DNA of 63,807 nt, filler included, from Chrysochromulina tobinii (Eukaryota), in assembly GCA_001275005.1 (NCBI GenBank). It is 7 parts of 7 records of this genome, joined end to end, with 100 filler letters (N's around TTAATTAATTAA, not from the genome) between each part and the next. Parts side by side here need not be neighbours in the genome. Positions count along the whole stretch, not along the records: positions 22,421 to 36,008 come from JWZX01000964.1; positions 36,109 to 51,398 come from JWZX01000965.1; 5 more parts are not named here. The stretch is one strand, 5' to 3'. Position 1 is the stretch's first letter. The number at the start of each line of letters is the position of its first letter. Of this stretch, positions 34,777 through 46,900 are shown piece by piece. The notes below the pieces were generated by a model, which was not told where the DNA came from, searched no databases, and was given only the letters and a program-made list of their open reading frames with translations. A program made the translations under genes and the position numbers.

Positions 34777-35363
34777 CGAAGCTCGTGACGAAGCTCGTGG
34801 CGAATTTCGAGCGCCGACCTTGAACGTGGCGGCTCTTGAGGCCCGCTCAAGCGTTGAGCTCGGCTGAGCTCGGTTGAGCTCGGTTGAGCTCTGGATCCAA
34901 AGGTCAGTCGTCTGCTCGACTGCAGGCGCAATGTGCAGTGCTGTGCGCTGCTGTGTGCTGTGTGCTGTGTGGTGGTCCACTGATGATGGCCGGCTCCGCA
35001 TCCCTTTGCTGGGGTGATGTGATGGCTTCATGCGCATGTGCGCCACCTGTGGAGCGTGAGCGGCGCCTTTACATGGCGGCTGTGCGACGGCTCTGTTCAA
35101 ACCTCGTGGGACGTGGCGGCCCTTGAGCGGGGCGGCCTCTCAGGACGTGTCCCATGCGTCTCAACGTTTTGTATTTAGTGCGTGTACGTTAGTGTGTGGG
35201 GTATTTAGTGTGTGAAAGTCAATCGAAATAGTGATTTTCTGAGTTTGAGATTATAGTCAATAGTGTGGCAGAGTGAGAGTCGGTCCGCGAGGGGTTTCTG
35301 CTTTCTCGGTGGACGGCGCGGCGCGAGAGATGTAAGGTACGCCATACGCAGCGTTTTGAGCAA

Positions 35364-36008
35364 TTGCGTATTGAGCAACCTTTTGCGTATTACGCAATAC
35401 AGTTTGACAGGGTTTGCGTATTGCGTATTGCGTATTGCGTACCACGGTACCCGCTTTGAGCAGCATTGCGTATTGCGTATTGCGTATTGCGTATGGGCGT
35501 ACCCACTAGGAACCACCTTGGCGCGTATGGCGTATTGCGTATTGCGTATTGCGTATTGGCGTTAGGACGTGCATTGCGTATTGCGTATTGCGTATTGCGT
35601 ATTGCGTATTGGGGCTAAGACCCTTATTGCGTATTGCGTATTGCGTATTGCGTATTGCGTATTGCGTATTGCGTTTTGCGTATTGCGTTTTGCGTATTGC
35701 GTATTGCGTTTTGGCTTTTGCGTATTGCGTTTTGCGTATTGCGTATTGCGTTTTGCGTATTGCGGCTTTGACCCGCGTTGCGTTTTGCGTTTTGCGTTTG
35801 CGTATTGCGTATAAATTGCGTATTGGGGCTTTGACCCGCAATGTGTTCGCATTGCGTATTGCGTATTGCGTTTGCGCATTGCGTATTGGGGCTTTGACCC
35901 GCATTGCGTATTGCGTATTCCGTATTGCATTTGCGTATTGCGTATTGGGGCTTTGACCCGCATTGCGTATTGCGTATTGCGTTTGCGTATTGCGTATTGG
36001 GGCTTTGA
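35364..36008. repeat. (TTGCGTA)n heptamer satellite with higher-order TATTGGGGCTTTGACCCGC interruptions, running to the contig end
   Basis: Dozens of attgcgt units read directly. Confidence 0.95.
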
Positions 36009-36108
36009 NNNNNNNNNNNNNNNNNNNNNNNNNNNNNNNNNNNNNNNNNNNNTTAATTAATTAANNNNNNNNNNNNNNNNNNNNNNNNNNNNNNNNNNNN
36101 NNNNNNNN
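36009..36108. other. artificial contig linker
   Basis: N44-TTAATTAATTAA-N44. Confidence 0.98.
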
Positions 36109-36370
36109 ACACATTCGATTTCGACTCGATGCTCGTTGCCCCTTGGCTCGCCCATTTGGGGGTTCACCGCCCACGTCGGCGGGCGCACTCCCTCCCGAGT
36201 TCATATTTGGGTCTCGCCGATCTTCTCTTTTTATGGCTGTTTCTCAGCTCTCCGTCTGCATGTGTCTCATGTTAGGCCTGGCCTGTATTGTATTGTATTG
36301 TCTTCACAGCTGTGCTGCTTACGTGTTGTGTGTATTCATAATGAAGAAAGTCATGGCTGTTCTGTAGTCC

Positions 36371-37360
36371 GTGATGTTGTCGACGATCGCGCTGGCCTGC
36401 ATGGTCGTGTGTGTCGACACACTGACTCTGCACTATGCAGCGAACGGCAGCGTCCGTCGGTGCAGCCTCCAACGAGGGCCGGTGCAGTGCAATGCAGGGA
36501 GCAGCACCGTCCAACAGGGCGCCGGCGAAACGAGCGGCGAAATCGTGAGCGAGCTGCTTGCTGCACTGGATGCGGTGCAGTGCGATGCACACAGCTGGAG
36601 GACCGTCCAACAGGGCGAGCTTGACATGGCCCTGCTCGAAGAGTGGATGCGAGCGACGCTGCAGAAGACAAGCATCCAAGGCATGGCGGGTGTACTATCC
36701 ATCCACTGCGCGACCCAAAAGTTTGTCTTGCGAGGTGCGCACCTCCACGGATCTGAAGCGCATCTGGAGGGCGAGTATGTGGACGCCGCGTGGCGCGAAG
36801 GCGAGGCGCGCGAGAGCAAGCTCGTGCTCTTGGGCCGCCGTCTCGACCACGAGACGCTCGAGCAAGGCCTGAGAGGCTGCCTGGTCTCAGCCGCGTCGGT
36901 CGAGAGGAGGCTCAAGGCGCTGCGCTTCAGCGTGGGCGACGCAGTCGAGTGTCGGACGCCGCGCGGCTGGTCGAAGGCGAGGGTGGTGGATCGGCTGTAC
37001 CGCGACGACAGCATGCCGCCCGGTCTGGTCGCGCCCTATCAGCTACGGCTCGAGGAAGCGGGCGCCCAGGACGGCGCGCTCATCTACGCGCCCGAGGACA
37101 CGAGGGAGGTCGTTCGGGCGACGAGGCTCGAGCGTCTGCGATTCGGCGTGGGCGACGCCGTTGAGTGCAACCTGGGCGAGCGCTGGGCCAAGGGCAAGGT
37201 GGTCGATCTCATGTACCGCGAGCCGGGCGTGTCGTCGGTGGTCGCGCCCTATCAGGTGGAGCTCGTCGAGGGCGCCATGGCGGGCACCTTGATCTTCGCG
37301 CCGACCGACTCGGCGGAGGTGATCCGCAAGCCTTGGCGGTTTTTTGACGTGCCGCTCTAA
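36371..37360 (+). CDS. CobW C-terminal-like domain + two SH3/Tudor-like repeats, with a putative signal peptide
   Basis: LEEWMRATL..GVLSI..WREGEARESKLVLLGRRLD, then two copies of LRFxVGDAVEC..W.K..VVD..YR..VAPYQ..LIxAP.D. Confidence 0.65.
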   Translation: MMLSTIALACMVVCVDTLTLHYAANGSVRRCSLQRGPVQCNAGSSTVQQGAGETSGEIVSELLAALDAVQCDAHSWRTVQQGELDMALLEEWMRATLQKTSIQGMAGVLSIHCATQKFVLRGAHLHGSEAHLEGEYVDAAWREGEARESKLVLLGRRLDHETLEQGLRGCLVSAASVERRLKALRFSVGDAVECRTPRGWSKARVVDRLYRDDSMPPGLVAPYQLRLEEAGAQDGALIYAPEDTREVVRATRLERLRFGVGDAVECNLGERWAKGKVVDLMYREPGVSSVVAPYQVELVEGAMAGTLIFAPTDSAEVIRKPWRFFDVPL

Positions 37361-37467
37361 GCAAACCAAAAAGGGTTATCAGTCACACATCTCTACACAC
37401 ATCAACACACATCAAATGCTCCGCTAGGGTAGTAGCATGTCACAGCAGCTCCCCGCTGAAAAAGCCT

Positions 37468-38601
37468 TCACGGCCCCAAAGCATCTCGGCACGCCGCACA
37501 TAGCCCGCTGATCCCGATCGATGGAAGTGCAGCTCCGGTCGTCGCTGCGGAGGCGCTGCCACACGCCGGGCAGCGAGCGCCCGCCACCATCGCACCTGCA
37601 TGCACCGCTGCCTCACCAATGCGATGACGGGCACGCTTACTCGCCGGCCCGTCCGGTAACAGCGTGGCGCCCGGCGTAAACAAAGGGAGCGAGCTGTATG
37701 CTGCCGGCGCTGCCGCGCCTGGCGGCGGCACGGCGACGGCGGCTGGCGCGGCCACGGCGGCGGCGGCGGCCGTTGTGGCCGTTGTGGCAGCGCCACCCGC
37801 CCAGCGGCCGACGTCGCAACAGAAGCCCGCGGCGCCGCGATTGGCCAGCGCGTCCGCAGCATCATTCCACCGGTGGCCGGAGTGCCCTTTGACGTGAAGG
37901 AATCGGACGGCACGGCGCGCACGAGCGGACGCGAGGAGAGACTGTGCGCGCGCGACGAGCGCCTTGTTCTTGTTGGTCTTCTGCTGCCCAAGGGTCTGGT
38001 TGGCGGCGTACTCGGAGTCGTAGCAGATCACCGCGCTCCGGCCGCTCCGCTCGACGTGCGCAAGCCAATGCAGCGCCTCACACACCGCCGACAGCTCGCC
38101 CGTGTTGTTCGAGCCGACCTCAGCGCCGAGGAAGTGCGGGCTGCCCGAATCGAGGCAGACGGGCCCAAAGAGCTCGACGATGAGGCGGCCGGCGCCGCTC
38201 GCGCCGTCGCCCTCGGCGTCCTCCACGACGGCGACGCCCCAGCCCGCCGGGCAGACATTCAGCGCCACGTGATTGTTGCCCTTGCATGCTCCGTCTGTGA
38301 AGCACGCCAGCTCGCCGGCCACGATGCCCGCCGCGCCGCGCGAGCTCGTAGCAGCAGATGACGACGAAGCGGCCGCCGCCGTCTGCGCAGGGCGCGGTCG
38401 TGGCACTTGCGCTGAAGCTGGCACAGGCGCTGCTGCTGGCATCGGGCTGTTACGCACAAAGGCGTCCGCCTCGGCGCGACTCGCAAACTTCTTCTGCTGA
38501 ACACCGTGCACACCCTGCGCGCCGTGCTTGCATGCCTCGTCCCACGAGGCGTACACGCCTGGCGTGGGGCCGCCTCGCACGGCGTAGAAGAAGGGGGGCA
38601 T
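37468..38601 (-). CDS. RNH1: ribonuclease H1 (hybrid-binding domain + RNase H + C-terminal CxxC..CxxC)
   Basis: FYAVRGGPTPGVYASWDEA, FTDGAC, NNTGEL, YDSEY and HVKGHSGHRWNDAADALA. Confidence 0.9.
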   Translation of the reverse strand: MPPFFYAVRGGPTPGVYASWDEACKHGAQGVHGVQQKKFASRAEADAFVRNSPMPAAAPVPASAQVPRPRPAQTAAAASSSSAATSSRGAAGIVAGELACFTDGACKGNNHVALNVCPAGWGVAVVEDAEGDGASGAGRLIVELFGPVCLDSGSPHFLGAEVGSNNTGELSAVCEALHWLAHVERSGRSAVICYDSEYAANQTLGQQKTNKNKALVARAQSLLASARARRAVRFLHVKGHSGHRWNDAADALANRGAAGFCCDVGRWAGGAATTATTAAAAAVAAPAAVAVPPPGAAAPAAYSSLPLFTPGATLLPDGPASKRARHRIGEAAVHAGAMVAGARCPACGSASAATTGAALPSIGISGLCAACRDALGP

Positions 38602-38847
38602 TCTGTTTGCCTCGCCGCCGCGCGCGCTTTCGTCCGCTAGTGCGCAAATCGCCTATCGATTCGCGGCGACGGCGTGTGCGTGAGGGCGAGCCGGGAGGCC
38701 TGATGATGCTCGCAATCCCACTAAGGAAAGCGCGGAAAGACCAGACTTTCGGGCGCTTGCACAACGCCCAGCGAGCGTGCCCAGTTTTTTCTTTCGCGTT
38801 TCACCCCATATGTTTAACGAAATTTTTAGTGGGGAGGTGCGCTCCAC

Positions 38848-39264
38848 ATGCCGCGCGCGACGAGCGCCACCCTTTCCTTGCTCCTCGTCGTGTGCGTCTG
38901 CGCGACGGCCCAAAATGTCGCCAAAGTCCAGTTCATGATCACCAACCGCATGAAGGAAGAGCTGGCGTCGCTCGGATACAGCGCGATGGACATTGCCACA
39001 CTGGAGCCCTCGCGTGCAGCTGCAATAATTGATCGGTCAATCCGGCGGCCCAGTCAAGGCATGCCCAAGAGCTGGTCCCGAGGAGGTGGTGCTGCTCCCA
39101 AAGGTATGCTCGGAAAGGTCTTTGGAATCGTGAAACAAGCTGCCACCGTCGCACTGGCAACATCTTTGGCGCTGCATTTCACAGGCACAAATCTCGGTAT
39201 GTTTAGCGACATTGTCGACGAGGCCGTGTACGTACTCAGATCGACGCTGAAAACGCATCGCTAA
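38848..39264 (+). CDS. small protein with signal peptide (138 aa), hypothetical
   Basis: Hydrophobic N-terminus, MITNRMKEELASLGY..EPSRAAAII helical motif and a C-terminal TM segment. Confidence 0.6.
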   Translation: MPRATSATLSLLLVVCVCATAQNVAKVQFMITNRMKEELASLGYSAMDIATLEPSRAAAIIDRSIRRPSQGMPKSWSRGGGAAPKGMLGKVFGIVKQAATVALATSLALHFTGTNLGMFSDIVDEAVYVLRSTLKTHR

Positions 39265-39603
39265 TCGAATGCGGTGGATGTACGCCTGGGCAGGCAGGTG
39301 AAATATGTCACGTAATGTAATTCCTGACGTCTCCTCTCAAACCATGTCTCAAACGCGGACACGTTTAATCGCCGAAATGCGAAAACGGTAAACGGAACGA
39401 ACCGGCGACGACTTCGCCAAAAGTAACGCGAACGTGTACCTGTCCGTGTGCGGTCCCGTCACGACTCACGAGGCTCAGGGCACCAGGGCACCAGCCCGCG
39501 CTCAATATGCGATGAGCGATCCTCCCGCGCGGCCGCGCCTGAAGTGCGGAGATCAACTCATGAGACTGTGTCTGTGATCTCCGCGGAGATCAGCACGAGG
39601 AGA

Positions 39604-40749
39604 TCAACAGGAGATCGTGGACGCGAGCCGACCTCCTCTCGCGCCCGTACGCGCAGGTAGCTGTGCTACCGCCCGTACCGGTAGCTGTGCCCCACCCGGC
39701 GCGTACGCGTACGATGGGCTCTTGACAGGCCTTACGACGGCAGCCCCTGCCATCTCGGTCGTCATCTCGGTCGTCGCGTCAGCGCGCGCGAACGCTTTGG
39801 CGAAGCCCTGTGTGCGATGCATGCTGCGCACGAGGCCAAGCTCCTCCTGCGGCGGTTGCTGCGGCGTTGGCGGTGGAAGTCGCCGTGAGGGCTGTCCAAT
39901 GCCGGTAGATGGCTGCCGTGGCGGTTGCTGCTGCGCTGAAAGCACCGGCTGCGACGGCGTGGATGCCGGTGAGGGTCCCGGGGCAACGACTGCCTTTGCC
40001 GGCTTGGTGGCTGCGGCGTTGAATATGTCTTGACGTCGAGCAGCGATCGACTCACTGCGGTCAACCACGTGCTTCGAAGGCTGCCCGGCTTGGCCCTGGT
40101 CCCGAAATAACTCTTTGATGCGCGCAATCGTGCTGGGCTCTAGGCCGACCCGGTTGCGCGTTTGCACAAAGTGTCCGCCCATCAATGGCTCCGTGTGCAG
40201 CGGCCAGTCATCCACCGCAACCCAAGCTTTTGGTTCATATTTAGTCACCCAAGCGAGAATTTCTTTGGGCCGCTGGAATTGGGCGAGCGACGGCGTGCGC
40301 GAGACGAACTGCGGACAGCCATTTTTGGCGAGCTCCGCGGCGACCGTCGCACGGCCATTCTCGGTCAGCCGCCACGAGGTCGAGAGCACGATCTTGGCGC
40401 CCGTCTCCTCGAGGACCTCGCGCAGCAGGTCCATGCACTGCTTGCGGAACATTTGCGCCTGGCTTCTCGGCTGCGCGTGATGCAGCACGCCGTCCACATC
40501 CAGAAAAAGCACGGCATCCATGTTGCTCAGGCTCTCGACCTTGTTTGGCGTCCAAGTTGCTCCCGAAGTTGCTTCGGTCATCTCCGTCCAGGGCGGCTGC
40601 GCCGTCCAAGTCTGGGGTCTGCTCTTCAACCCCACCACCGTGTTGTCCGTCCAAGTGACGACCTCACCTTTCTTCGGTTTGAGAGGGAACCGCGCTCGGT
40701 ACGACGTTTCGCGCTGCATGAATAGCGGTTCACTCACACACCCACTCAT
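39604..40749 (-). CDS. HAD-superfamily (Swiss-army-knife-type) phosphatase domain protein
   Basis: VLFLDVDGVL, KIVLSTSWR, RPKEILAW and WVAVDD. Confidence 0.8.
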   Translation of the reverse strand: MSGCVSEPLFMQRETSYRARFPLKPKKGEVVTWTDNTVVGLKSRPQTWTAQPPWTEMTEATSGATWTPNKVESLSNMDAVLFLDVDGVLHHAQPRSQAQMFRKQCMDLLREVLEETGAKIVLSTSWRLTENGRATVAAELAKNGCPQFVSRTPSLAQFQRPKEILAWVTKYEPKAWVAVDDWPLHTEPLMGGHFVQTRNRVGLEPSTIARIKELFRDQGQAGQPSKHVVDRSESIAARRQDIFNAAATKPAKAVVAPGPSPASTPSQPVLSAQQQPPRQPSTGIGQPSRRLPPPTPQQPPQEELGLVRSMHRTQGFAKAFARADATTEMTTEMAGAAVVRPVKSPSYAYAPGGAQLPVRAVAQLPARTGARGGRLASTISC

Positions 40750-40967
40750 GTCCACCCACTCCGTCTCCAAACAATCCCCCTATCTCACGCGGCGACAACA
40801 CCGGCAGGGAAAATGGTCCTCCGTCGTCCTAAACGGAGTAGGTACGGTCGCACAGTACGCCCTTCCGAACAGGCCCCCCTCCCTTAGCGCGTGCTCGCGC
40901 GCGAGGACGGTCGCGGCAGGCGGCTCGCCTCAAGAGCACTGCTGTACGTGGTGGCCTTGCGCGCTGC

Positions 40968-43475
40968 TTAGAGCGACTTGGCGACGTTCATCAGGTTCTC
41001 AACGGTGATGCCCTTCTCCTCGAAGATGAACTTCGCCGGCGCGGAGATGCCGAAGGTGTCGACACCGAGCACCTTCTTGGCGAATTTGTACCAGGCGCCA
41101 GTGTAGCCCGCCTCGCACGCGACCGTGATCTCGCGGTTGGGCAGCACCTCGTTCTTGTACGCCTCCGACTGGCGCTCGAAGACCTCGACGCACGGCATCG
41201 AGACGACGCGCACGCTCGGGCCGAGCTTCTTCGCGGCCTCGACGGCAAGCATCACCTCCGAGCCGGTGGCCAGGATGATGTGCGTGAGCGGCGCCGTCTC
41301 CTTGACGAGCACGTAGCCACCCTTCCAGGTGCCCTCGCGCTTCATCGCGGGCTCGCCAGCGAGCACGGGCAGGTCCTGGCGCGACAGGATCATGGCCGTC
41401 GGGCGGTCCTGCGTGATGATCGAGTGGATGTACGCCGCCGCGGTCTCCTCGGCGTCGGCCGGGCGCATCACGTCAAGGTTGGGCATCGCGCGCAGGCCGG
41501 CGATGACCTCGACCGGCTGGTGGGTCGGGCCATCCTCACCGACGCCGATGGAGTCGTGGGTCCAAATGTACTTGACGGGCAGGCCGGAGAGAGCCGCCAC
41601 GCGGACGGAGCCCATCATGTAGTTGGAGAAGACGAGGAAGGTCGAGCCGGAGACACGCAGGCCGCCTGTGGGGCAGAGGGAGAGCACGGGGCAAGGGCGA
41701 GACGCGCACGCTCGTCAGCCCTCATACACGAGGAACAAGGCCGGAGACGGAAGCAGCCGCGTTTCTCCGGTGTCGGGTTTGGGTGGACGAGCCCACACCA
41801 CCATAGAACGCCATGCCGTTCATGATCGCGCCCATGCCGTGCTCGCGGATGCCGTAGTAAAAGTTGCGGCCCGCATAGTTCGACTTGGAGAAGTCGCCAA
41901 CACCCTTCATGTAGTTCTTGTTCGAGCCGTGCAGATCGGCGGAGCCGGAGACGTAGAACGGCATCGACTGCGCGATCGGCTGCAGCACCTCGGCACCGGC
42001 GTTACGGGTGGCGATGCCCTTGCCCGCCTCCTTGTACGTGGGGATGAGCTTGTCGAGGTCGGGCACCTTGCCGGCGATCGCGTCCTCGAGCGACTGCGCG
42101 AGGGCGGCGTTCTCGCCCTTCCACGCATTGTACGTCGCCATCCACTTGTCGTACTTGCCGACGAGCTCCTTCTTGTGGTTGGCGAAGAAGGAGTAGGTCT
42201 CGGGCGACACGTACCACTTCTCCTTGGGCAGGCCGAGCGCCTCGCGCGCCGAGTCCTGGTACTTGACGCCCGCCTCGCCGTGCGCCGCGCACGTGCCCGC
42301 GATCTCGTCAATGCCCTTGCCGATGATCGTCTTGCACACGATCAGGGTCGGCTTGCCGTTGTCTGAGTCCTTGGCATACCTGATCATCCGAAGGAGGGAG
42401 GCCATCCGAGGGGCTCAGAGGCGCGTTCCGAAGGGGGGGCTCACAGAGGGATCTCCGGAGCAAGAAGCACGGAGCGCATGCATGCGTGCGTGCATACCGG
42501 TACGCCTTGGTGATCGCGTCCATGTCGTGGCCATCGACGGTGAGGACCTCCCAGCCCTGCGCCTCGAAGCGCATCTGCACGTCCTCGGACTGCGTGTGCT
42601 CGGCCATCTTGTCGAGGGTCACGCCGTTCGAGTCGTACATCAGGATCAGGTTGTCGAGCTTCTCGTGGCCCGCGAAAGCGACGGCCTCGTTGGCCACACC
42701 CTCCTGCAGGCAGCCGTCACCGCAGAGCACGACGACGTGGTGGTCGATGATGGTGTGCTTGGCCGTGTTGAGCTTGGCCGCCATCATCTTGGCCGCGCAC
42801 GCCATGCCCACGCCGTTGCCGATGCCCTGGCCGAGCGGGCCGGTGGTGCACTCGACGCCCGGCGTCATGAAGTTCTCCGGGTGGCCGGGCGTGATCGAGC
42901 CGAGCGCGCGGAAGTTGGACACCTCCTCCTTGGTGAGGGCCTCGTAGCCAGCAATGTGCAGCCACGAGTAGAGGAACATGGAGCCGTGGCCCGCCGAGAG
43001 CACGAAGCGGTCGCGGTTCAGCCACTTCGGGTCCGCCGGGTTGTACACCATCTCCTGGCCGAAGAGGACGGCGCCGATGTCGGCGCAGCCGAGCGGAAGG
43101 CCCATGTGGCCAGAGTGCGCCTTGGAGATCGAGTCGATCGCGAGGCCACGAGCCTCATCGGCCGCCTGGGACGCACACCCAGCACGAGCGAGCAGCGATG
43201 GTCAGCCTCACGTTCGCGCACTCAAGGGTGTGCCCCTAGCGGCGCCGGCGCTCGGACAGCTGGCAGCTGGCAGCGCCGCGGCGCACGGCTGCGCGCGGCG
43301 CGCGACGGCAAAGTGCGAGCGCCTGTACCTTGGCGAGCGCGACCGGCGACGCGACGACGGCCTCGGCCATCGCCATCGACACCTTGGGCGCGTTCACGCG
43401 CGACGCGAGCGAGCCAACCTGGAACGCATCCGCGCCGGCAAGGAAGGCAACAGCAACGCAAGTCTTGTACAGCAT
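40968..43475 (-). CDS. TKL: plastid-targeted transketolase; complement(join(40968..41665,41802..42379,42498..43165,43329..43475))
   Basis: [45 protein letters not shown] and [16 protein letters not shown]. Presequence ends ADA-F. One donor could be 3 nt further. Confidence 0.95.
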
Positions 43476-43950
43476 TTTGATAGTCTGTGCACAGAGCACA
43501 ACCACGACGCGTCAGGCGGCGATCCGCGAGCTGATGGGCCAGGGCGGCCGCTGAGAAGGCAAGGGATGGTCGGAGACCTCGGCCCGACCTGGGGTTGGCG
43601 TGCGAGCGAGCTAGAATCTCTATCTGCGAGGGGAGCTCTCGTTTTTCGATTCTTGTCCCAAAAGCGGAAGTTTAGTTTGACATCGGAACGTTGTTGATAA
43701 ACCATTTCCGTTCACGCCATGGCCGTTCCCGCCAGTGGAAGACACAGAGGTTCACCCCGTAGAATCAAACCTCCGAAGATCTGCGCTCTCGAGTACAATT
43801 CGTGTATTCCAGAACTATTCGTGTCCGATTGACGATTCCCTCTGCTGCGTGTAAACCTCCTGTTCCTCTCGGGATCAAGACCGACAAAAGGAATCACGGA
43901 AAAGTATCTACAGGGAATTACGCTTTGGGCCGGCCCTCGGTGCAGCCGCA

Positions 43951-46900
43951 ATGCGTCGGCTACTACCGTGGGGTCACAGGCGTGAGCCGCCAGCCCAGCT
44001 CACGGTGCCCAACATCGCGACCGACGAGCCTGCAATGGTTTGGAGGCCCGAGCCAGCAGGCTTGAGTTTCTCGAAAGCCGCCGGCGGCGGCGGCGGCAAA
44101 CCGCTGCCTGGCACGTTCAAGCCAGGACGCTCAGAGGCCGAGCGTGCCAGCCCAGTCAGCTTTGAGGATGACTCCGACGACTTTGAGTACTCGCTGGCCG
44201 TGGAACCGCGCAAGCCGCTGCCGCTAGCGCCGCCGCCGCTGCCCTCTGTGCCTGCTGGCGGCGTTTTGAAAAGGCAGCCTACTAGGTCCGAGAGGCCGGA
44301 TCCTGCTGCTGCAACCTTTGCCGATCGTGCGGCAGGCTTCAGCGGCGGCGCTGGCCAGCCTGCCGCCTTGGACGAGCCCTTGGATCAGGGCGACGAGGAG
44401 GAGGACGAGGACGTGGACGAGGACGAGGACGAGGACGTGGACGAGGACGAGGACGAGGACGTGGACGAGGACGAGGAGGAGAGCGGGGACGACGAGGAGG
44501 CGGCGGCCGTGCAGCAGCGGCTGCTTGCGTTTCTCGTCAACGGCCCTCCGTCGCCCGAGCAGTGGCGCCTCGAAGGCGGGCACTCGGACGGCTTCATCGC
44601 GGGCGCTCAGCAGCGACAGGCGACGAGCGGGGCGCACGTGGCATTGAAAACAGCGGCCGCACCGCCGCTGGCCCGATCGATGCATGCAGGAGCGGGCCGC
44701 AGCTGGTCGCTCGAAGCTGTGCTCACGCGCGACGATGGGCTCGCGGCCATGCGAGCGTTCATCTCCGCTCGCGGGAAGGGCGAGATCGGCACCCCCGTTT
44801 CGTCAAACGGCACCCCTGTTCCGGACTACAGCCCGTTTGACGAAACAGGGGTGCCGTTTGACGAAGCGGCGGCGCACGAGGCGCTCGAGGGGTGGCTTCA
44901 AGCGCGGCAGCTGCATGACAATGCCCGACGGGCCAAGACGTATGAGGTGCTGCGACGCGACGTGTGGCCTCGCTTTGAGCTGAGCCGTTACGGGATGTAT
45001 CTCGAGGCGATCTGGCTCGCCGCCGCGGTCGACGAGCATGCAAAGAGCTGGCCTGCGCGGCGCAAGCTGCGCGCCTTGCTCATGTCGGGGCTCCTCGCGG
45101 CTGCAGCGGGCGGCGGGGATGGCACCGATGGTGGCGCCGATACGCACGTCAGCTCCGCGGAGAAGAGCGAGGCGCTTCTCTTGGCGATCGCCGTCGTGAG
45201 CAGTGCGGCGCCGCTGCTCGACAGCGCTCGGGACGGCGCGGCGCGCTCGGCGTTCCTCAAGTCCAAATCGGTCGGCCGGCAGGCGCGAGTGGTCAAGGAG
45301 GCGAGATTGCCCCGAGATTGCCCCGAGATTACCCCGAGAGTGGTCAAGGAGGCGAGTGCGGCGGCGGCGGCGGGCGCTCGAGTGGCGGAGGCGAGTGCGA
45401 CGAGAGTGGCGGAGGCGGGCGCCGGACTCGATCGGCGACAGCGGCGGCAGAAGCGAAGGGAGGAGACTCGCGCCGCGCTGCATGCGGAATGGGAGCTGCG
45501 GCACGGGCCACTCTCGTCGCAGCCGTTGAGCTCCTCCGCACACGGGGTGGCGCGCGATCAGCTCTTGAGCGACGTCGCACGCCAGGCGCGCGTGGCGGCG
45601 ACCGCGGCGCGCTTGGGCGATCGGCACGCGAAGGACGCGAGTGGTCACGTGCAGCACCTGAAGAAGATGTGGGAATCGGCCTCGGAGCTGCCCGTACGTC
45701 GGCAGCAGAGCGTGGTGGACGAGCTGGTGGCGTTGAGGGCAGCCGAGGAGGCGTTGGAGGACGAGGTGAGGCGTTCACGTGACGTGGACGTTTCCTGGCG
45801 AGTCCGTGCCCTCATTGGCCAGCGAGGCAAGGGCAACGTGACGGCAGGTGCTCAGGGCGGTGACGGCGGTGACGAGGACCGTCCAAGGTCGTCCGCCGCG
45901 CTCCATCTGCTCCGTCCCAAGCTGAGGGAGATGATTCAGTTTTGGAAGCATTCGCCCTACTGGCACGGCACCTCCAACAGCTACGCCCATCCTGAGTATG
46001 AGCAGCGGCGCAAGGCGTACCACGACATCCTGGCTGCGGCACGGGAGCGACGAGAGCAGGCGCTCGCACAGCTCGCGCTCCAGAGGCGTCTTCGGCTGAG
46101 CCAGATTCACGCCGAAGCTCTCCGCTTCCATAAGCTTGGGCTGCGCCCGACCGACAGGTCTTCCGCGACGGCCATGGAGCATGCGGCGGCGGCGCGCCGT
46201 CTGGCCCCGGGAGATCATGGGGAGATCCGGGTGCGTTCCAAATACGGGGTGCCTTCCAAGTATGGGATGCCTTCGTGGCGGGATGGCGGCGGACCCGATA
46301 CGTGCCGCGGCACCAAGGACCGGCCGCCACGGAAGCTCAAGCGCAGCCCGCCGAAGAAGATGCCCACGAAGGCGCTTTCCGCCGCGGAACTCGCAAAGAA
46401 GAGTGCGAAGGCGGCGAGGGCGGCGGCGACGCAGGCTCGAGCTGCTTTGGAGAGCGCCGCGGCAAGGCGCATCCAGAAGCAGGCCCAAGCCAACCTTGCG
46501 CGCCGACGACGAGGCGCGGCGGACGAGGCCGTGGGCACTCTGTGGGGAAACGAAACGGCCGTAGGCACTCGCAAGCCACCGTGCGCCAACGAGGCTCTCG
46601 TGGCGATCATCCATATTTGGGTCGATTCCACAGCTTGGCTTGCGGACACGTGGAGCCACGTGGAGGCCGAGACCCATCTTTGGAAGGTGCGTGTGAACGA
46701 GCGGCTCTCTCTGCTGCAACCAGCCCCCGCCGCCACCAAGCCGCTTCGAGCCTTGCCGGCGCCTGACCCGGACAACCTTCTCGATCGCGAACGGCGTAAG
46801 TGGGCAGAGGCAAGCCATGGCATGCAAGTGCTCAGTACGGCGCCGGCGCCTGACCCGGACAACCTTCTCGATCGCGAACGGCTTAAGTGGGCAGAGGCCA

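Noticed and set aside
34766..34892. Short 12-mer (GAAGCTCGTGAC) and 10-mer (GAGCTCGGTT) arrays at the end of the TPPP-like gene
   Set aside because: Only 3-4 copies, with no flanking duplication or splice sites. Treated as ordinary slippage repeats.
35364..36008. Telomere
   Set aside because: The unit lacks the G-run of TTAGGG-type repeats and is heavily interrupted.
35506..36060. ORFs with RNTQYAI/YCVLRIA repeats
   Set aside because: Translations of the heptamer satellite.
37468..38601. RNase H as part of a retroelement or caulimovirus
   Set aside because: The hybrid-binding domain plus RNase H with no adjacent RT or integrase is the normal cellular RNase H1.
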